A DNA stretch of 64,000 nucleotides from Oscillospiraceae bacterium (GCA_015064255.1 SVSP01000008.1:1352-65351), one strand, 5' to 3'. Positions 9,480 to 18,844 are shown, counted from the first letter of the stretch. The notes: a model not told the origin generated them from the sequence alone. Numbers and translations: made by a program.

Positions 9480-9982
9480 CATATTTCATACCGCAAAGTT
9501 TTCCATTCATTCCAAAAGGCAATATAACCGTTTCGGTCAAATTCATCCTCGGGTATTTTTTCTTGAGAGCTTTTATAAAAAGATTCTATTAAATCAGCAA
9601 ATTCAAAAACAGTCTGTCTATATTCGTCAATTGGAATCACAGTCCTTTTGCCTGTTTCTGTAATTAGAACAACATTATCATTTTCGTGCAGAACCGACCA
9701 ATCAACTCCGTTTGGGCACCCACATATATCGACCTTGGAAAGAGTTTCGTTGGCTACCATTGTAAAGCCGCAACAAGGAAGCATCTGACTGCTTTCACAA
9801 TATATTTTGTGATCCTCTTTTATGGATTTCAGTAAATATAATGCAGTTGAACTCACGGTTGTATTGTCATATTGCCAAACCTCATCTCCTATGGTAACAG
9901 TTGCATTACCGTGCAGACACAAGTCTTCGGTCTGGTTTAAGTTATCTATCCAATGAAGATTTGAAACCTTTATAGTAAACAT
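9479..9982 (-). CDS. hypothetical cytoplasmic Cys-rich protein (167 aa)
   Basis: AAAAGGAGGA RBS 7 nt before the ATG. Cys clusters LPCCGF and DICGCPNG. No family recognised. Confidence 0.55.
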   Translation of the reverse strand: MFTIKVSNLHWIDNLNQTEDLCLHGNATVTIGDEVWQYDNTTVSSTALYLLKSIKEDHKIYCESSQMLPCCGFTMVANETLSKVDICGCPNGVDWSVLHENDNVVLITETGKRTVIPIDEYRQTVFEFADLIESFYKSSQEKIPEDEFDRNGYIAFWNEWKTLRYEI

Positions 9983-10102
9983 ATAAATCCTCCTTTTTTC
10001 GTCAGTTTCGCCTTTGTACTACAAAGGCATCGGGCAAAGCCCATAGCCTACGGCTCCCTTGTGTAAAGGGAGGCTTTTCATTAATCCCATTATAACACAA
10101 AT

Positions 10103-10128
10103 CGGCAGAGGAAGCAATCCCTCTGCCG
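10103..10128 (-). terminator. glyQS terminator hairpin
   Basis: A 9-bp stem (CGGCAGAGG / CCTCTGCCG) followed on the minus strand by ATTTGTGTT. Its loop also supplies a -35-like TTGCTT for the downstream TATAAT at 10094-10089. Confidence 0.55.
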
Positions 10129-10156
10129 AAATTTGTATCATTACAAAATATTCTAA

Positions 10157-11554
10157 TTAAAACTCAAGCTTCTTTGCGATATAAGCCTTAACGTCAGCCA
10201 TCGGAATACGGATCTGCTCCATTGTATCTCTGTCGCGGACTGTTACGCAGCCGTCTTCCTGAGAATCAAAGTCGTAAGTAATGCAGAAGGGTGTACCGAT
10301 CTCGTCCTGACGGCGATATCTCTTACCGATAGAGCCTGCATCGTCGAAATCAACGCTGAAATCCTTTGCAAGATCAGCGAAGAGCTTTTCTGCATCGGGT
10401 GTGAGCTTCTTGGAAAGAGGAAGAATCGCAGCCTTGAAGGGTGCAAGTGCGGGATGGAGGTGAAGAACTACGCGAACATCGTTCTTTTCTGCGTCAACCA
10501 CTTCTTCGTCGTACGCATCGCAAAGGAATGCAAGAAGAACACGGTCTGCGCCGAGCGAAGGCTCAACTACGTAAGGAATATACTTTTCGTTTGTTTCGGG
10601 ATCGAAATATTCGAGCGACTGACCGCTTGTGTTCATATGCTGTGTGAGGTCATAGTCTGTACGGTCTGCAACGCCCCAGAGCTCGCCCCAACCGAACGGG
10701 AAGAGGAATTCGAAGTCTGTTGTAGCCTTGGAGTAGAAGCAAAGCTCCTCGGGAGAGTGGTCGCGGAGACGGAGATTTTCTTCTCTCATACCGAGGTTAA
10801 GAAGGAAGTTCTTGCAGTAAGAACGCCAGTATTCGAACCATTCGAGGTCTGTTCCGGGCTTGCAGAAGAATTCAAGCTCCATCTGTTCGAATTCACGTGT
10901 ACGGAAAACGAAGTTTCCGGGAGTTATTTCATTTCTGAAGGACTTACCGATCTGTGCAACGCCGAAAGGAACCTTCTTACGGGAAGAACGCTGAATATTC
11001 TTGAAGTTTACGAAAATACCCTGCGCTGTTTCGGGACGGAGATATACTTCGTTTGCGCTGTCTTCGGTAACGCCGATGAATGTCTTGAACATAAGATTGA
11101 ACTTACGGATAGAGGTAAAGTCGCCGCTTCCGCAGTCGGGGCAGGAAATGTGATTTTCCTTGATATATGCGCTCATCTGATCGCTGTTCCAACCGTTAGG
11201 GTTAATATCGAGTCCCTTTTCGTTTATATAATCCTCGATAAGCTTGTCCGCACGGTGACGGCTGCGGCAAACCTTACAGTCCATAAGGGGATCGGAAAAT
11301 CCTGCAAGGTGTCCCGATGCTACCCATGTCTGAGGGTTCATAATAATTGCGCTGTCAAGGCCTACGTTATAGGGAGATTCCTGAACGAATTTCTTCCACC
11401 AAGCCTTTTTTACGTTGTTTTTGAGTTCTACTCCGAGGGGACCATAATCCCACGAGTTTGAAAGTCCGCCGTAAATTTCACTTCCTGCATATATTATGCC
11501 GCGATTTTTACAAAGGGCGACTATCTTATCCATAGTCTTTTCGCTGTTGTTCAT
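10157..11554 (-). CDS. glyQS: glycine--tRNA ligase (single-chain, class II)
   Basis: Full-length match by eye to GlyQS-type GlyRS ([46 protein letters not shown]). Confidence 0.93.
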   Translation of the reverse strand: MNNSEKTMDKIVALCKNRGIIYAGSEIYGGLSNSWDYGPLGVELKNNVKKAWWKKFVQESPYNVGLDSAIIMNPQTWVASGHLAGFSDPLMDCKVCRSRHRADKLIEDYINEKGLDINPNGWNSDQMSAYIKENHISCPDCGSGDFTSIRKFNLMFKTFIGVTEDSANEVYLRPETAQGIFVNFKNIQRSSRKKVPFGVAQIGKSFRNEITPGNFVFRTREFEQMELEFFCKPGTDLEWFEYWRSYCKNFLLNLGMREENLRLRDHSPEELCFYSKATTDFEFLFPFGWGELWGVADRTDYDLTQHMNTSGQSLEYFDPETNEKYIPYVVEPSLGADRVLLAFLCDAYDEEVVDAEKNDVRVVLHLHPALAPFKAAILPLSKKLTPDAEKLFADLAKDFSVDFDDAGSIGKRYRRQDEIGTPFCITYDFDSQEDGCVTVRDRDTMEQIRIPMADVKAYIAKKLEF

Positions 11555-11589
11555 TGTTTTTTCCTTTCGAAAACTTATATATTATTGAT

Positions 11590-12687
11590 TTAATTTAAAA
11601 ACTCTTTGAATTTCTTTATGCTTGCCGTACCGTTTATACGGAAGAAGAAGTCATCGTAAATATTCTCGTAAGCACCCAGCATAGGAAGTACCGTTTTTTC
11701 AGAGCCTTCATAACTGAAGAAGACCGACGAAACTCTGCTCATGTCGTTAGCTGTAAAATCTGTTTCAACGTATTTAAGCATACTTCTGACCTTAGATATG
11801 ATATTGGGCTTAAACTGCTTACATATACCGTCAAGCATTATCTTTGAAATGTCAGTAAGTATCTGCGAAGGTCTGTATTTATCGGGATATTCGTCATATT
11901 CGAGAAGTGCGCTGAGCGTATCCGCAGTAAGCGAAACGTTTCCGACGGGAACTGTTATCTTTTTGCCGTTACGTTTAAGCTCTGTTGTAATCCTATACTC
12001 ATTTTCATATTTAAGGCCTTCAAGCTCATCTGCAAGCTCCACGAAATCGTCTATATCAACGCTTCCGTAAAAATCGGGAATGATTCCCGTATTTGCGATA
12101 ACGGTAGAGGAAATATAGTCCTCAAGTCCGAGTGTTGTATTTTCGGCAAAATATACCGCATAAGAAAGGGGCATATCGACTCCGCCGACAGTTACAAGGC
12201 TGTCACCCGGAATTACGGTAATAAACGATTTCGATACCGTCGCATTTATATGCACAACACATATGAATTTAACTTCTTTTTCAAGAACTATCATATCGTC
12301 GGCAAGTATATTTTCAAATTCCTTTGTGAATTCGGGAAGCGGAAGCGGATCTGTGTCTGTGCCGGGATCTGTGCCGATGTCGGGATTTTCGCCTGCTCCG
12401 GGGTCTGTATCCGTATTACCACCTTCAATGTCTTCGTTCTCTTCTTCGTCCTCTTCGTCCTCGGAAGGCTCGTCAGTTATTACAAGCGCAAACGAGAAAG
12501 TATTCTGAAGGGTATCTACCGTTGCGCCGTCTTCGGGACCAAATATTCCCTGTTGATCATCTTCCGAAAGGCTGTTTTCCTTTTCCTCTATAAGAGAAAG
12601 CGCAAACGATCCGCCGTACAGTATTATCAGCGAAAACGCCAAAAACGACAGTATAAGCGACGGAATAAATCCTTTAAGAAAAGACAT
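11590..12687 (-). CDS. hypothetical membrane-anchored protein with an acidic low-complexity linker
   Basis: N-terminal TM helix and a D/E/P/G/T-rich linker. The preferred start is the ATG at 12687 (AGGAGG plus 7 nt); the ORF track begins 6 nt upstream. Confidence 0.5.
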   Translation of the reverse strand: MSFLKGFIPSLILSFLAFSLIILYGGSFALSLIEEKENSLSEDDQQGIFGPEDGATVDTLQNTFSFALVITDEPSEDEEDEEENEDIEGGNTDTDPGAGENPDIGTDPGTDTDPLPLPEFTKEFENILADDMIVLEKEVKFICVVHINATVSKSFITVIPGDSLVTVGGVDMPLSYAVYFAENTTLGLEDYISSTVIANTGIIPDFYGSVDIDDFVELADELEGLKYENEYRITTELKRNGKKITVPVGNVSLTADTLSALLEYDEYPDKYRPSQILTDISKIMLDGICKQFKPNIISKVRSMLKYVETDFTANDMSRVSSVFFSYEGSEKTVLPMLGAYENIYDDFFFRINGTASIKKFKEFLN

Positions 12688-12861
12688 AAACACACCTCCT
12701 GAAGAACTAAAAGAAACACCGTTTTCATAACTGTTTTATTATATACCATTATATAAAAAATTTCAATAGTAAAATAACGCCAAAACTCCGAATTTTCAAA
12801 CAATTAACAAGCATTTAATAAATGTTTTAAACAAAAAATTCTGCAAAAAAGCAAAAAGCTC

Positions 12862-12890
12862 TTGAAAACGCCTTGATTTTGTGGTATAGT
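12862..12890 (+). promoter_or_regulatory. promoter of tRNA-Arg (TTGAAA-N17-TGgTATAGT)
   Basis: Near-consensus -35, 17-nt spacer and extended -10, about 30 nt upstream of the tRNA. Confidence 0.55.
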
Positions 12891-12919
12891 TATATGAAAT
12901 TATTATTTACCTATTATTT

Positions 12920-12991
12920 GCCCTCATAGTTAAATGGATATAACAAACCCCTCCTAAGGGTTAGTTATGGGTTCGATTCCCGTTGGGGGTG
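12920..12991 (+). tRNA. tRNA-Arg (anticodon CCT)
   Basis: Hand-folded cloverleaf: acceptor GCCCTCA/TGGGGGT, D stem GTTA/TAAC, anticodon stem AACCC/GGGTT with loop CTCCTAA, and a GGTTCGATTCC T-loop. No CCA is encoded. Confidence 0.85.
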
Positions 12992-12992
12992 T

Positions 12993-13026
12993 AAAAAATC
13001 CGTACACCAAACGTACGGATTTTTTT
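12993..13026 (+). terminator. intrinsic terminator after tRNA-Arg
   Basis: ATCCGTAC / GTACGGAT stem flanked by an A6 run and a T6 run. Confidence 0.8.
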
Positions 13027-13058
13027 GTATATATTTCTACATATTTTTTCAAAAGCTC

Positions 13059-13089
13059 TTGACATTACCCTTGGGTAATGGTTTATAAT
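13059..13089 (+). promoter_or_regulatory. MerR-type promoter: TTGACA-N19-TATAAT with dyad CATTACCC-tt-GGGTAATG in the spacer
   Basis: -35 at 13059-13064 and -10 at 13084-13089 give a 19-nt spacer. The perfect 8-bp-arm inverted repeat at 13063-13080 lies inside it, directly upstream of a MerR-domain gene. Confidence 0.7.
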
Positions 13090-13114
13090 ATAAACGATAT
13101 ATGGAGGTGCTGAT

Positions 13115-14854
13115 ATGAAGATAAACAACGCCGAAAAAGCAACCGGTCTTACGCAAAAAGCCATTCGCTTATACGAAAGCAAGGGGCTTATCAAGGTATC
13201 AAGAGATTCAAACGGGTACAGAAATTATTCTGAAGATGATATCGAAGCCTTAAAAAAGATAAAGCTTTTCAGAAGTGTCGGTGTCTCTGTCACAGACATA
13301 AAGCTTTATTTATTCGGAGTTATAAGTCTTTGTGAACTTATGGACAAGCGCAAAGGCGAAATTTTGACCGAAAGCGGAAAGAATTCCGAAAAATACAAGT
13401 TATGTGAAAGCATATCAAAATCCACGTATCTTGAAGATATAAAAAGTAAGGACACTCTCGACGATTTTACAGATTTCAGCGAAAACGAAGAAACAAACAG
13501 CGAAAGCCACGGAAAGCTGTGTGTCGGAATCGACATCGGAACAACAACGGTCAGCGCGTCGGTCTTTGATATTGAGAACAAAAAACAGCTTGAAGCATTC
13601 TCACTTCCGCATAATTCATACCTGCGTTCAGACGGCTTCTCAGAGCAAAGCGTTTCTATTATTTTAGACAAGGCAGAAAAACTGCTTTATCATATACTAA
13701 GCTGCTATCAAGAAGTTGTCAGCATAGGACTTTCCGGACAAATGCACGGACTTGTTTACATAGATTCTGACGGAAAACCTTTATCTGATCTTATAAACTG
13801 GCAGGACAAGCGTGCCGACATTCCGCTGTCGGACGGCAAAACCGCCTGCGAGATCATAAAGGAAATAACAGGCGAAAATATCTCGACAGGCTACGCACTT
13901 GCAACACATTATTACAATCTGAAAAATGATCTTGTTCCGAAAAATGCGGTCAGCTTTTGCAGTATAGCGGATCTTTTTTCTATGAAAATATGCGGTCTTA
14001 AAAATGTTGCAGTGCACATGTCATTTGCTGCAAGCTTCGGTCTGTTTGACGTTAAGAACGGTACGTTTATGGCGGAAAAGCTCTCTCTTCTCGGGATCGA
14101 TAAAAGCTTTCTGCCCCTCGTAAGCAGTCAAAGCGTTATCGTCGGCCATCATAAAGATATTCCCGTTTCGATAGCACTCGGTGACAATCAAGCAAGCTTT
14201 TTGGGTTCCGTAAGTGAACACACCGAAAGCATTCTTGTAAATATAGGTACGGGTTCACAGGTATCGTCCGTAAGCAATTACCGTGAAACGCAAGGCGACG
14301 TAGAGCTTCGACCTTTCATCGAAGGAAAATACCTTGTCTGCGGATGTGCGCTTTGCGGCGGATTTGCATATTCGATGCTGGAGAACTTTTTCAGAAGCTA
14401 CACTTCAAGTGCAGGATTTGAGGAAGCATCGCAGTACAAAACAATCAACAAGCTCGCACTTGAAGCATACGAAAACGGCGACGGAGGTCTTGACGTTGAC
14501 GTTTCATTTTTCGGCAAACGAAGCGATCCGAGTTGCAGAGGCTCTGTAAAAAATATAGACAGAAACAATTTCACTCCGCGCGCTCTTGCTCTCGGAATTT
14601 TGAAAGGAATGTGTAATGAGCTGTACGATCTGTATGAATCCTTCAGCGAAAAGAAAACTCTGATAGTCGCTTCCGGGGGCTGTGTAAAAAAGAACAACGT
14701 ACTTAAAGATCTTATAAGCGACCGATTCTCGCTTCCCGTATATCTTAACGCGATCGAAGAAGAAGCGGCAACCGGCGCGGCACTCTTCTCCGCTTTTGCA
14801 TCAGGCAAAATAAAGTACACCGACGGATTTTCAGAATACATAAGCTATCTTTAA
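13115..14854 (+). CDS. MerR-family HTH domain fused to an FGGY-family carbohydrate kinase domain (sedoheptulokinase/xylulokinase-like)
   Basis: Residues 1-70 are MerR-like (GLTQKAIRLYESKGLI...GYRNYSEDDIEALKKIKLFRSVGVSVTDIK). The rest is FGGY-like (GIDIGTTTVS, GLSGQMHGLVYID, LGDNQASFLGS, ASGGCVKKNNVLKDLISDRFSLPV...ATGAA). Confidence 0.8.
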   Translation: MKINNAEKATGLTQKAIRLYESKGLIKVSRDSNGYRNYSEDDIEALKKIKLFRSVGVSVTDIKLYLFGVISLCELMDKRKGEILTESGKNSEKYKLCESISKSTYLEDIKSKDTLDDFTDFSENEETNSESHGKLCVGIDIGTTTVSASVFDIENKKQLEAFSLPHNSYLRSDGFSEQSVSIILDKAEKLLYHILSCYQEVVSIGLSGQMHGLVYIDSDGKPLSDLINWQDKRADIPLSDGKTACEIIKEITGENISTGYALATHYYNLKNDLVPKNAVSFCSIADLFSMKICGLKNVAVHMSFAASFGLFDVKNGTFMAEKLSLLGIDKSFLPLVSSQSVIVGHHKDIPVSIALGDNQASFLGSVSEHTESILVNIGTGSQVSSVSNYRETQGDVELRPFIEGKYLVCGCALCGGFAYSMLENFFRSYTSSAGFEEASQYKTINKLALEAYENGDGGLDVDVSFFGKRSDPSCRGSVKNIDRNNFTPRALALGILKGMCNELYDLYESFSEKKTLIVASGGCVKKNNVLKDLISDRFSLPVYLNAIEEEAATGAALFSAFASGKIKYTDGFSEYISYL

Positions 14855-14869
14855 CGAAAGGGCCACACC

Positions 14870-16084
14870 ATGAACGAAACAAGTGCAGTTAAAATATCTT
14901 TTGATGTAAAAAAGCTTCCTTTTTATTCTGTTTGCCACAAAAACGGCAGAAAAACACTTGAAATTCAAGCGTTTGACGGAATTCTTACCCTATCTGTGCA
15001 GTATGACTTCGAAAGACTTCCTCTCAGCTTAAGCGGCGAGATCGAGGAAGGCGACAAGGTAGAAGCCCTGCTTTTTACTCACAGAATCGAACTCTATATA
15101 AACGGTATTTTGCAGGACGAGGAATGGCCTGCGGGTAAAATGCTGTTTAAGTCCGGTGATAAATTTACCTTCTGTGAAGGAATTAAGGTTTGTGAATACA
15201 AGGAAAAAGAAGCAGACCTTCCGAGCGTTATCTCGAGCTTTGAGAACGCCGAAGGCTGGTATCCGGGCAACGGCGTCTTCGTAGGCGACTGTATGCCATA
15301 CCGAAAGGATGGAGAGTATCACGTACTCTATTTAAAGGACAGACATCATCACAGAAGCAAATGGGGACTCGGTGCGCACCAGTGGGAGCACATATCCACA
15401 AAGGATTTTAAAAAATGGAATATTCACCCTATGGCTGTACCGATAACAGACCCGTCAGAAGGCTCTATCTGCACAGGCTCGTGGATACGCAGCGATAACA
15501 AGGAATATCTCTATTATACCGTAAGACGCGGAAAAGGAGAACCTGCTACGATTTGCCGCAGTATATCTCTTGACGGCTACCACTTTACAAAGGACACCGA
15601 TTTCGGTTTTACCGTTTCCGAAAAATATCACGCGGCAAGTGCGAGAGACCCTAAGGTAATCAGTGGCGAAGACGGCGCTTTCCATATGTTTCTGACAACA
15701 AGTCTTCTTTCGGAAGGAAAAGGCTGTCTTGCACACTATATTTCATTAGATATGGAAAGCTGGAGCGAATGCGAATCGCCGATTTATATCGCGCCCGACG
15801 GTGCACAGCCCGAATGTCCCGATTATTTTAAATATAACGGCAAATATTATCTCATTTTCAGCCTTCACGGCAGAGCGCACTATATGTTTTCTGACAAGCC
15901 TTTCAAGGATTTTGTTATGCCCGAAAATCCTATCATCCCTTGTGCAAGCGTACCCAAGGGCGCATTTTGGGACAACAGGATCATTTTCATAGGCTTCAAA
16001 GGCATAGGCGGTTATGCGGGCTCTATGACCTTTATGGCGGCACGCTCATCCGATAGCGGAGAGCTTATTTTTGAGGAGCTCTGA
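14870..16084 (+). CDS. GH32-family (beta-fructofuranosidase-like) five-bladed propeller hydrolase, cytoplasmic
   Basis: RDP motif (SARDPKV), EC motif (QPECPDYF) and a divergent nucleophile block (GDCMPYRKDGEYHVLYL) in place of WMNDPNG. No signal peptide. Confidence 0.6.
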   Translation: MNETSAVKISFDVKKLPFYSVCHKNGRKTLEIQAFDGILTLSVQYDFERLPLSLSGEIEEGDKVEALLFTHRIELYINGILQDEEWPAGKMLFKSGDKFTFCEGIKVCEYKEKEADLPSVISSFENAEGWYPGNGVFVGDCMPYRKDGEYHVLYLKDRHHHRSKWGLGAHQWEHISTKDFKKWNIHPMAVPITDPSEGSICTGSWIRSDNKEYLYYTVRRGKGEPATICRSISLDGYHFTKDTDFGFTVSEKYHAASARDPKVISGEDGAFHMFLTTSLLSEGKGCLAHYISLDMESWSECESPIYIAPDGAQPECPDYFKYNGKYYLIFSLHGRAHYMFSDKPFKDFVMPENPIIPCASVPKGAFWDNRIIFIGFKGIGGYAGSMTFMAARSSDSGELIFEEL

Positions 16085-16159
16085 CACAGAATTTCCATTA
16101 TCTATTGACAACACTTTGGTACCGTGCTAAAATTAGTAAAAACTATACGGAGTGCATTT

Positions 16160-18826
16160 ATGATATTTACCGACTCTGAGCTTAATAAATATGTGATTAA
16201 TTTTAAAAATATTGAAAACGACGGTCACATCGGAATTCCCGTTGATATGACTATACTCTTCGACAGAGAAAGATTCACGCCGAAATACAGTCACGGCGGC
16301 ACACCTATTGTAATATACGTAGTTAATACTATGGTAGAGCGTATCGGCCGAGCTTCCGACGAAGAAATCATTTCGGGTATGATCGACAGAGGATATATCG
16401 TCACAGTTCTTGACTATCTCGGAAATGATAACGCAAAATTCCCAAAGATAGATATGTCCGTACAGACTATACGTCAGTCTGTAATAGCGGGCGAATATTT
16501 CAAAGATCTCAAAGGCTTCAACGCTGGAAGATACCCCGAAACGCTTGTAGTTCCCGCAGGATACGATATTTCTTACGGAAACGTATATTGGGAGTTTGAC
16601 AAGCACGGAAGCGACGGTACTCTCGAAAAGATAGTCGAGATCTGGAATAACGATTTCCGCGGTACCTCCGGCGAAAAGCTCGTAAAATGGACAGATGCAA
16701 ACGGAAATCGCAAAACAGTTCAAAACGGTCACGACGGAAGTGAACCCATATGGTGTGACAAGTACGGAAATCCCGACGAAAACGGAGAATACGTAAGGAT
16801 AAAGCACTCTTTTCCTCAAAGAATAGCAGACTGTGCAAAGCCTGACGGCGAGCCTATCGATTTAAAGCTTTATATGCATATCGTATATCCCGTAAATCCC
16901 GAGAAAAAGGTGCCCGTAATGTGCCTTTCAAGCTGTCTTGAAAACCTCTGCATATGCTCGGCAACACCCGATCAGACTCATATGAACGGTGCACTCTTTA
17001 ACGGTTATGCGGGCGTTATGTTTGATTACGGATATACTCCTATGGCAAGACTTGACCACTACGGATATTTCGACGGCTATCCAAAGCCGGGATATATCAC
17101 AGGGGACAACCCTACTTACTCTGTAAAATTCTACAACGACCGTTCTGACACAGCCGCTATGAGATACATCCGATATCTCGCACTCAGCGACGAACGTTTT
17201 GCCTTTGATATCGATGCTATCGGCGTTTACGGAAACTCCAAGGGAAGCTGGATGTCTTTTATAGGCGAAGCCGATCCGGACGCTATGCCCTCGAGACGTA
17301 TTTTCGCAGGTCACCACGATGAAACACGTTACGAAAACGGCGACACCGAAAGCCGCGACGGCATAAACGGCGGCGAAGAACAGCCTTGGCTTTCTTACAA
17401 CGGTCAGAAAATATTCGGAGGCGCAAATCTAACCTATTCCTGCACGGGCGGTACTGTAAATGCTATTACCAAAGGACACGCTCCAATGTTCGTTTCGTGC
17501 AACAGACGTGACGAATCCTGCTTTTGGACATCAAACTCTATGGTAAACTTAAGCAGAATATATGATATCCCTTCAATGTGGCTTGAAGTTCCCATCGCAC
17601 ACGCTCTCGTTCACGACGAAGACCTTTTCTACGGATCCGACAGTTACGTATCATTCTTCGATTTTGCCAACTATCATTTAAAACACGACGCTGTTAAAGT
17701 AATAGGCGCGCGAGTAAACAAATACGCTTTTCCTGTTTCTGTCACCATTCTCTTCTCGGGTGTTGTAGCGGACAGCGAAACATCCAAGATAAAGATAACC
17801 GACAAGTACGGAAATATTCTTAACGGAAGCTTCTCGTCCTGTTACGGAAAATCCGAGTGGACCTTTACTCCTGCCCTGCCCACCTACGGAGACGGATATA
17901 CACTCTTCGTTCCCGATACTCTGATCGGAGAAAACGGAAAAGCCATCCAAAGTGAATATTCGTATGATATAGACTTCGGTTACGGCAAGATAGAATATAC
18001 CGACTGCGTTATTAAAAAAACATCAGAATGCCCCGAAAAGAAATACATCGCATTCGAAGTAACAAATGACGGCGTGAACACCGTTTGTGCTTATAGCGAA
18101 AACGGAGTCAAGATCGGATCTGTAAATACAAGCGGAAAAGGTTGGTACAAGCTCGATATTACATCGCTCGACCTTCCCGAAAATATGAAATTTACTCTTA
18201 AGTGTGAAAAAGAAGCCGGTAAATTCACACAAAATACCGAATTTTTACTTTGCCACAATGCTTTCGGCGGCAGGGAAAACGCGCCCGACGGCACAAGTGC
18301 AGTTGTAGTAAAGGGTGTCAAGACACGAACAAACTTTCCGACCGAAGAATTCTACGCATATCCCGATGGAGCACTGATATGCAACGATATAATCAAAGAC
18401 GGACCTTTAGACGAAAGCGACATCGGAAGACGCTTCCGTATAAGCTTTAAGGTTTATGATACAGATAATCGTTACATCAGCTTCGGACTTAAAAGCGCTT
18501 CCTCAATGAACGAAAGCACCGCCGACTACCACCGCGTAATGAAAAACGAATATACCGTAAAGGGTGAATGGAAAGAATATGATCTTGATTACACCGTTTA
18601 CGAGCCTATGTTCGGCAAGTACGCGGAGCATAAGCAGTGCCTTACCCTTTCTTATCACGGCAAGGGTAACGCCGACACTCCTATTTATTTTTCGGACATC
18701 AAGTGCGAAGAAACTGTAAGCGAAGCGCTTATCGGCAAGGTTGCTATTCTTGAAGAGAAGGACGAACGAATCCTTCTTCTCGGACAAAGTGACATCGTTT
18801 GCCACAAATCCCCTTGGTCAAAGTAA
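16160..18826 (+). CDS. large alpha/beta-hydrolase-like protein (putative carbohydrate esterase) with C-terminal beta-rich domains
   Basis: Nucleophile-elbow-like GNSKGS and no signal peptide. The preferred start is 16160 (ACGGAG plus 7 nt); the ORF track has a GTG at 16124. Function is uncertain. Confidence 0.4.
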   Translation: MIFTDSELNKYVINFKNIENDGHIGIPVDMTILFDRERFTPKYSHGGTPIVIYVVNTMVERIGRASDEEIISGMIDRGYIVTVLDYLGNDNAKFPKIDMSVQTIRQSVIAGEYFKDLKGFNAGRYPETLVVPAGYDISYGNVYWEFDKHGSDGTLEKIVEIWNNDFRGTSGEKLVKWTDANGNRKTVQNGHDGSEPIWCDKYGNPDENGEYVRIKHSFPQRIADCAKPDGEPIDLKLYMHIVYPVNPEKKVPVMCLSSCLENLCICSATPDQTHMNGALFNGYAGVMFDYGYTPMARLDHYGYFDGYPKPGYITGDNPTYSVKFYNDRSDTAAMRYIRYLALSDERFAFDIDAIGVYGNSKGSWMSFIGEADPDAMPSRRIFAGHHDETRYENGDTESRDGINGGEEQPWLSYNGQKIFGGANLTYSCTGGTVNAITKGHAPMFVSCNRRDESCFWTSNSMVNLSRIYDIPSMWLEVPIAHALVHDEDLFYGSDSYVSFFDFANYHLKHDAVKVIGARVNKYAFPVSVTILFSGVVADSETSKIKITDKYGNILNGSFSSCYGKSEWTFTPALPTYGDGYTLFVPDTLIGENGKAIQSEYSYDIDFGYGKIEYTDCVIKKTSECPEKKYIAFEVTNDGVNTVCAYSENGVKIGSVNTSGKGWYKLDITSLDLPENMKFTLKCEKEAGKFTQNTEFLLCHNAFGGRENAPDGTSAVVVKGVKTRTNFPTEEFYAYPDGALICNDIIKDGPLDESDIGRRFRISFKVYDTDNRYISFGLKSASSMNESTADYHRVMKNEYTVKGEWKEYDLDYTVYEPMFGKYAEHKQCLTLSYHGKGNADTPIYFSDIKCEETVSEALIGKVAILEEKDERILLLGQSDIVCHKSPWSK

Positions 18827-18844
18827 TGTTATATCAACATTAAG

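Noticed and set aside
10454-11461. A 335-aa ORF on the + strand, plus similar long antisense ORFs at 25126-26202, 27982-29217, 32751-33746, 38304-39320, 43714-44691, 45312-46190, 46354-47370 and 47716-48558.
   Set aside because: Each lies entirely antisense to a gene with unmistakable family motifs (glyQS, GH2, potA, pfk, serC, serA, the acyl-CoA synthetase, and the AEC/phosphodiesterase pair). They have no RBS and show Cys/Arg/Phe-rich, low-complexity composition. This is typical of open antisense frames in biased coding regions.
12330-12480. A compositionally odd GC-skewed, repeat-like stretch.
   Set aside because: It is the in-frame acidic D/E/P/G/T-rich linker of the membrane-anchored protein on the minus strand. 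It is a low-complexity coding region, not a separate element.
12920-13026. The tRNA-Arg (and the tRNA-Glu at 43599-43670) as integration sites of genomic islands or prophages.
   Set aside because: There is no integrase, no direct repeat of the tRNA 3' end and no phage genes nearby. Each tRNA has its own promoter and terminator.
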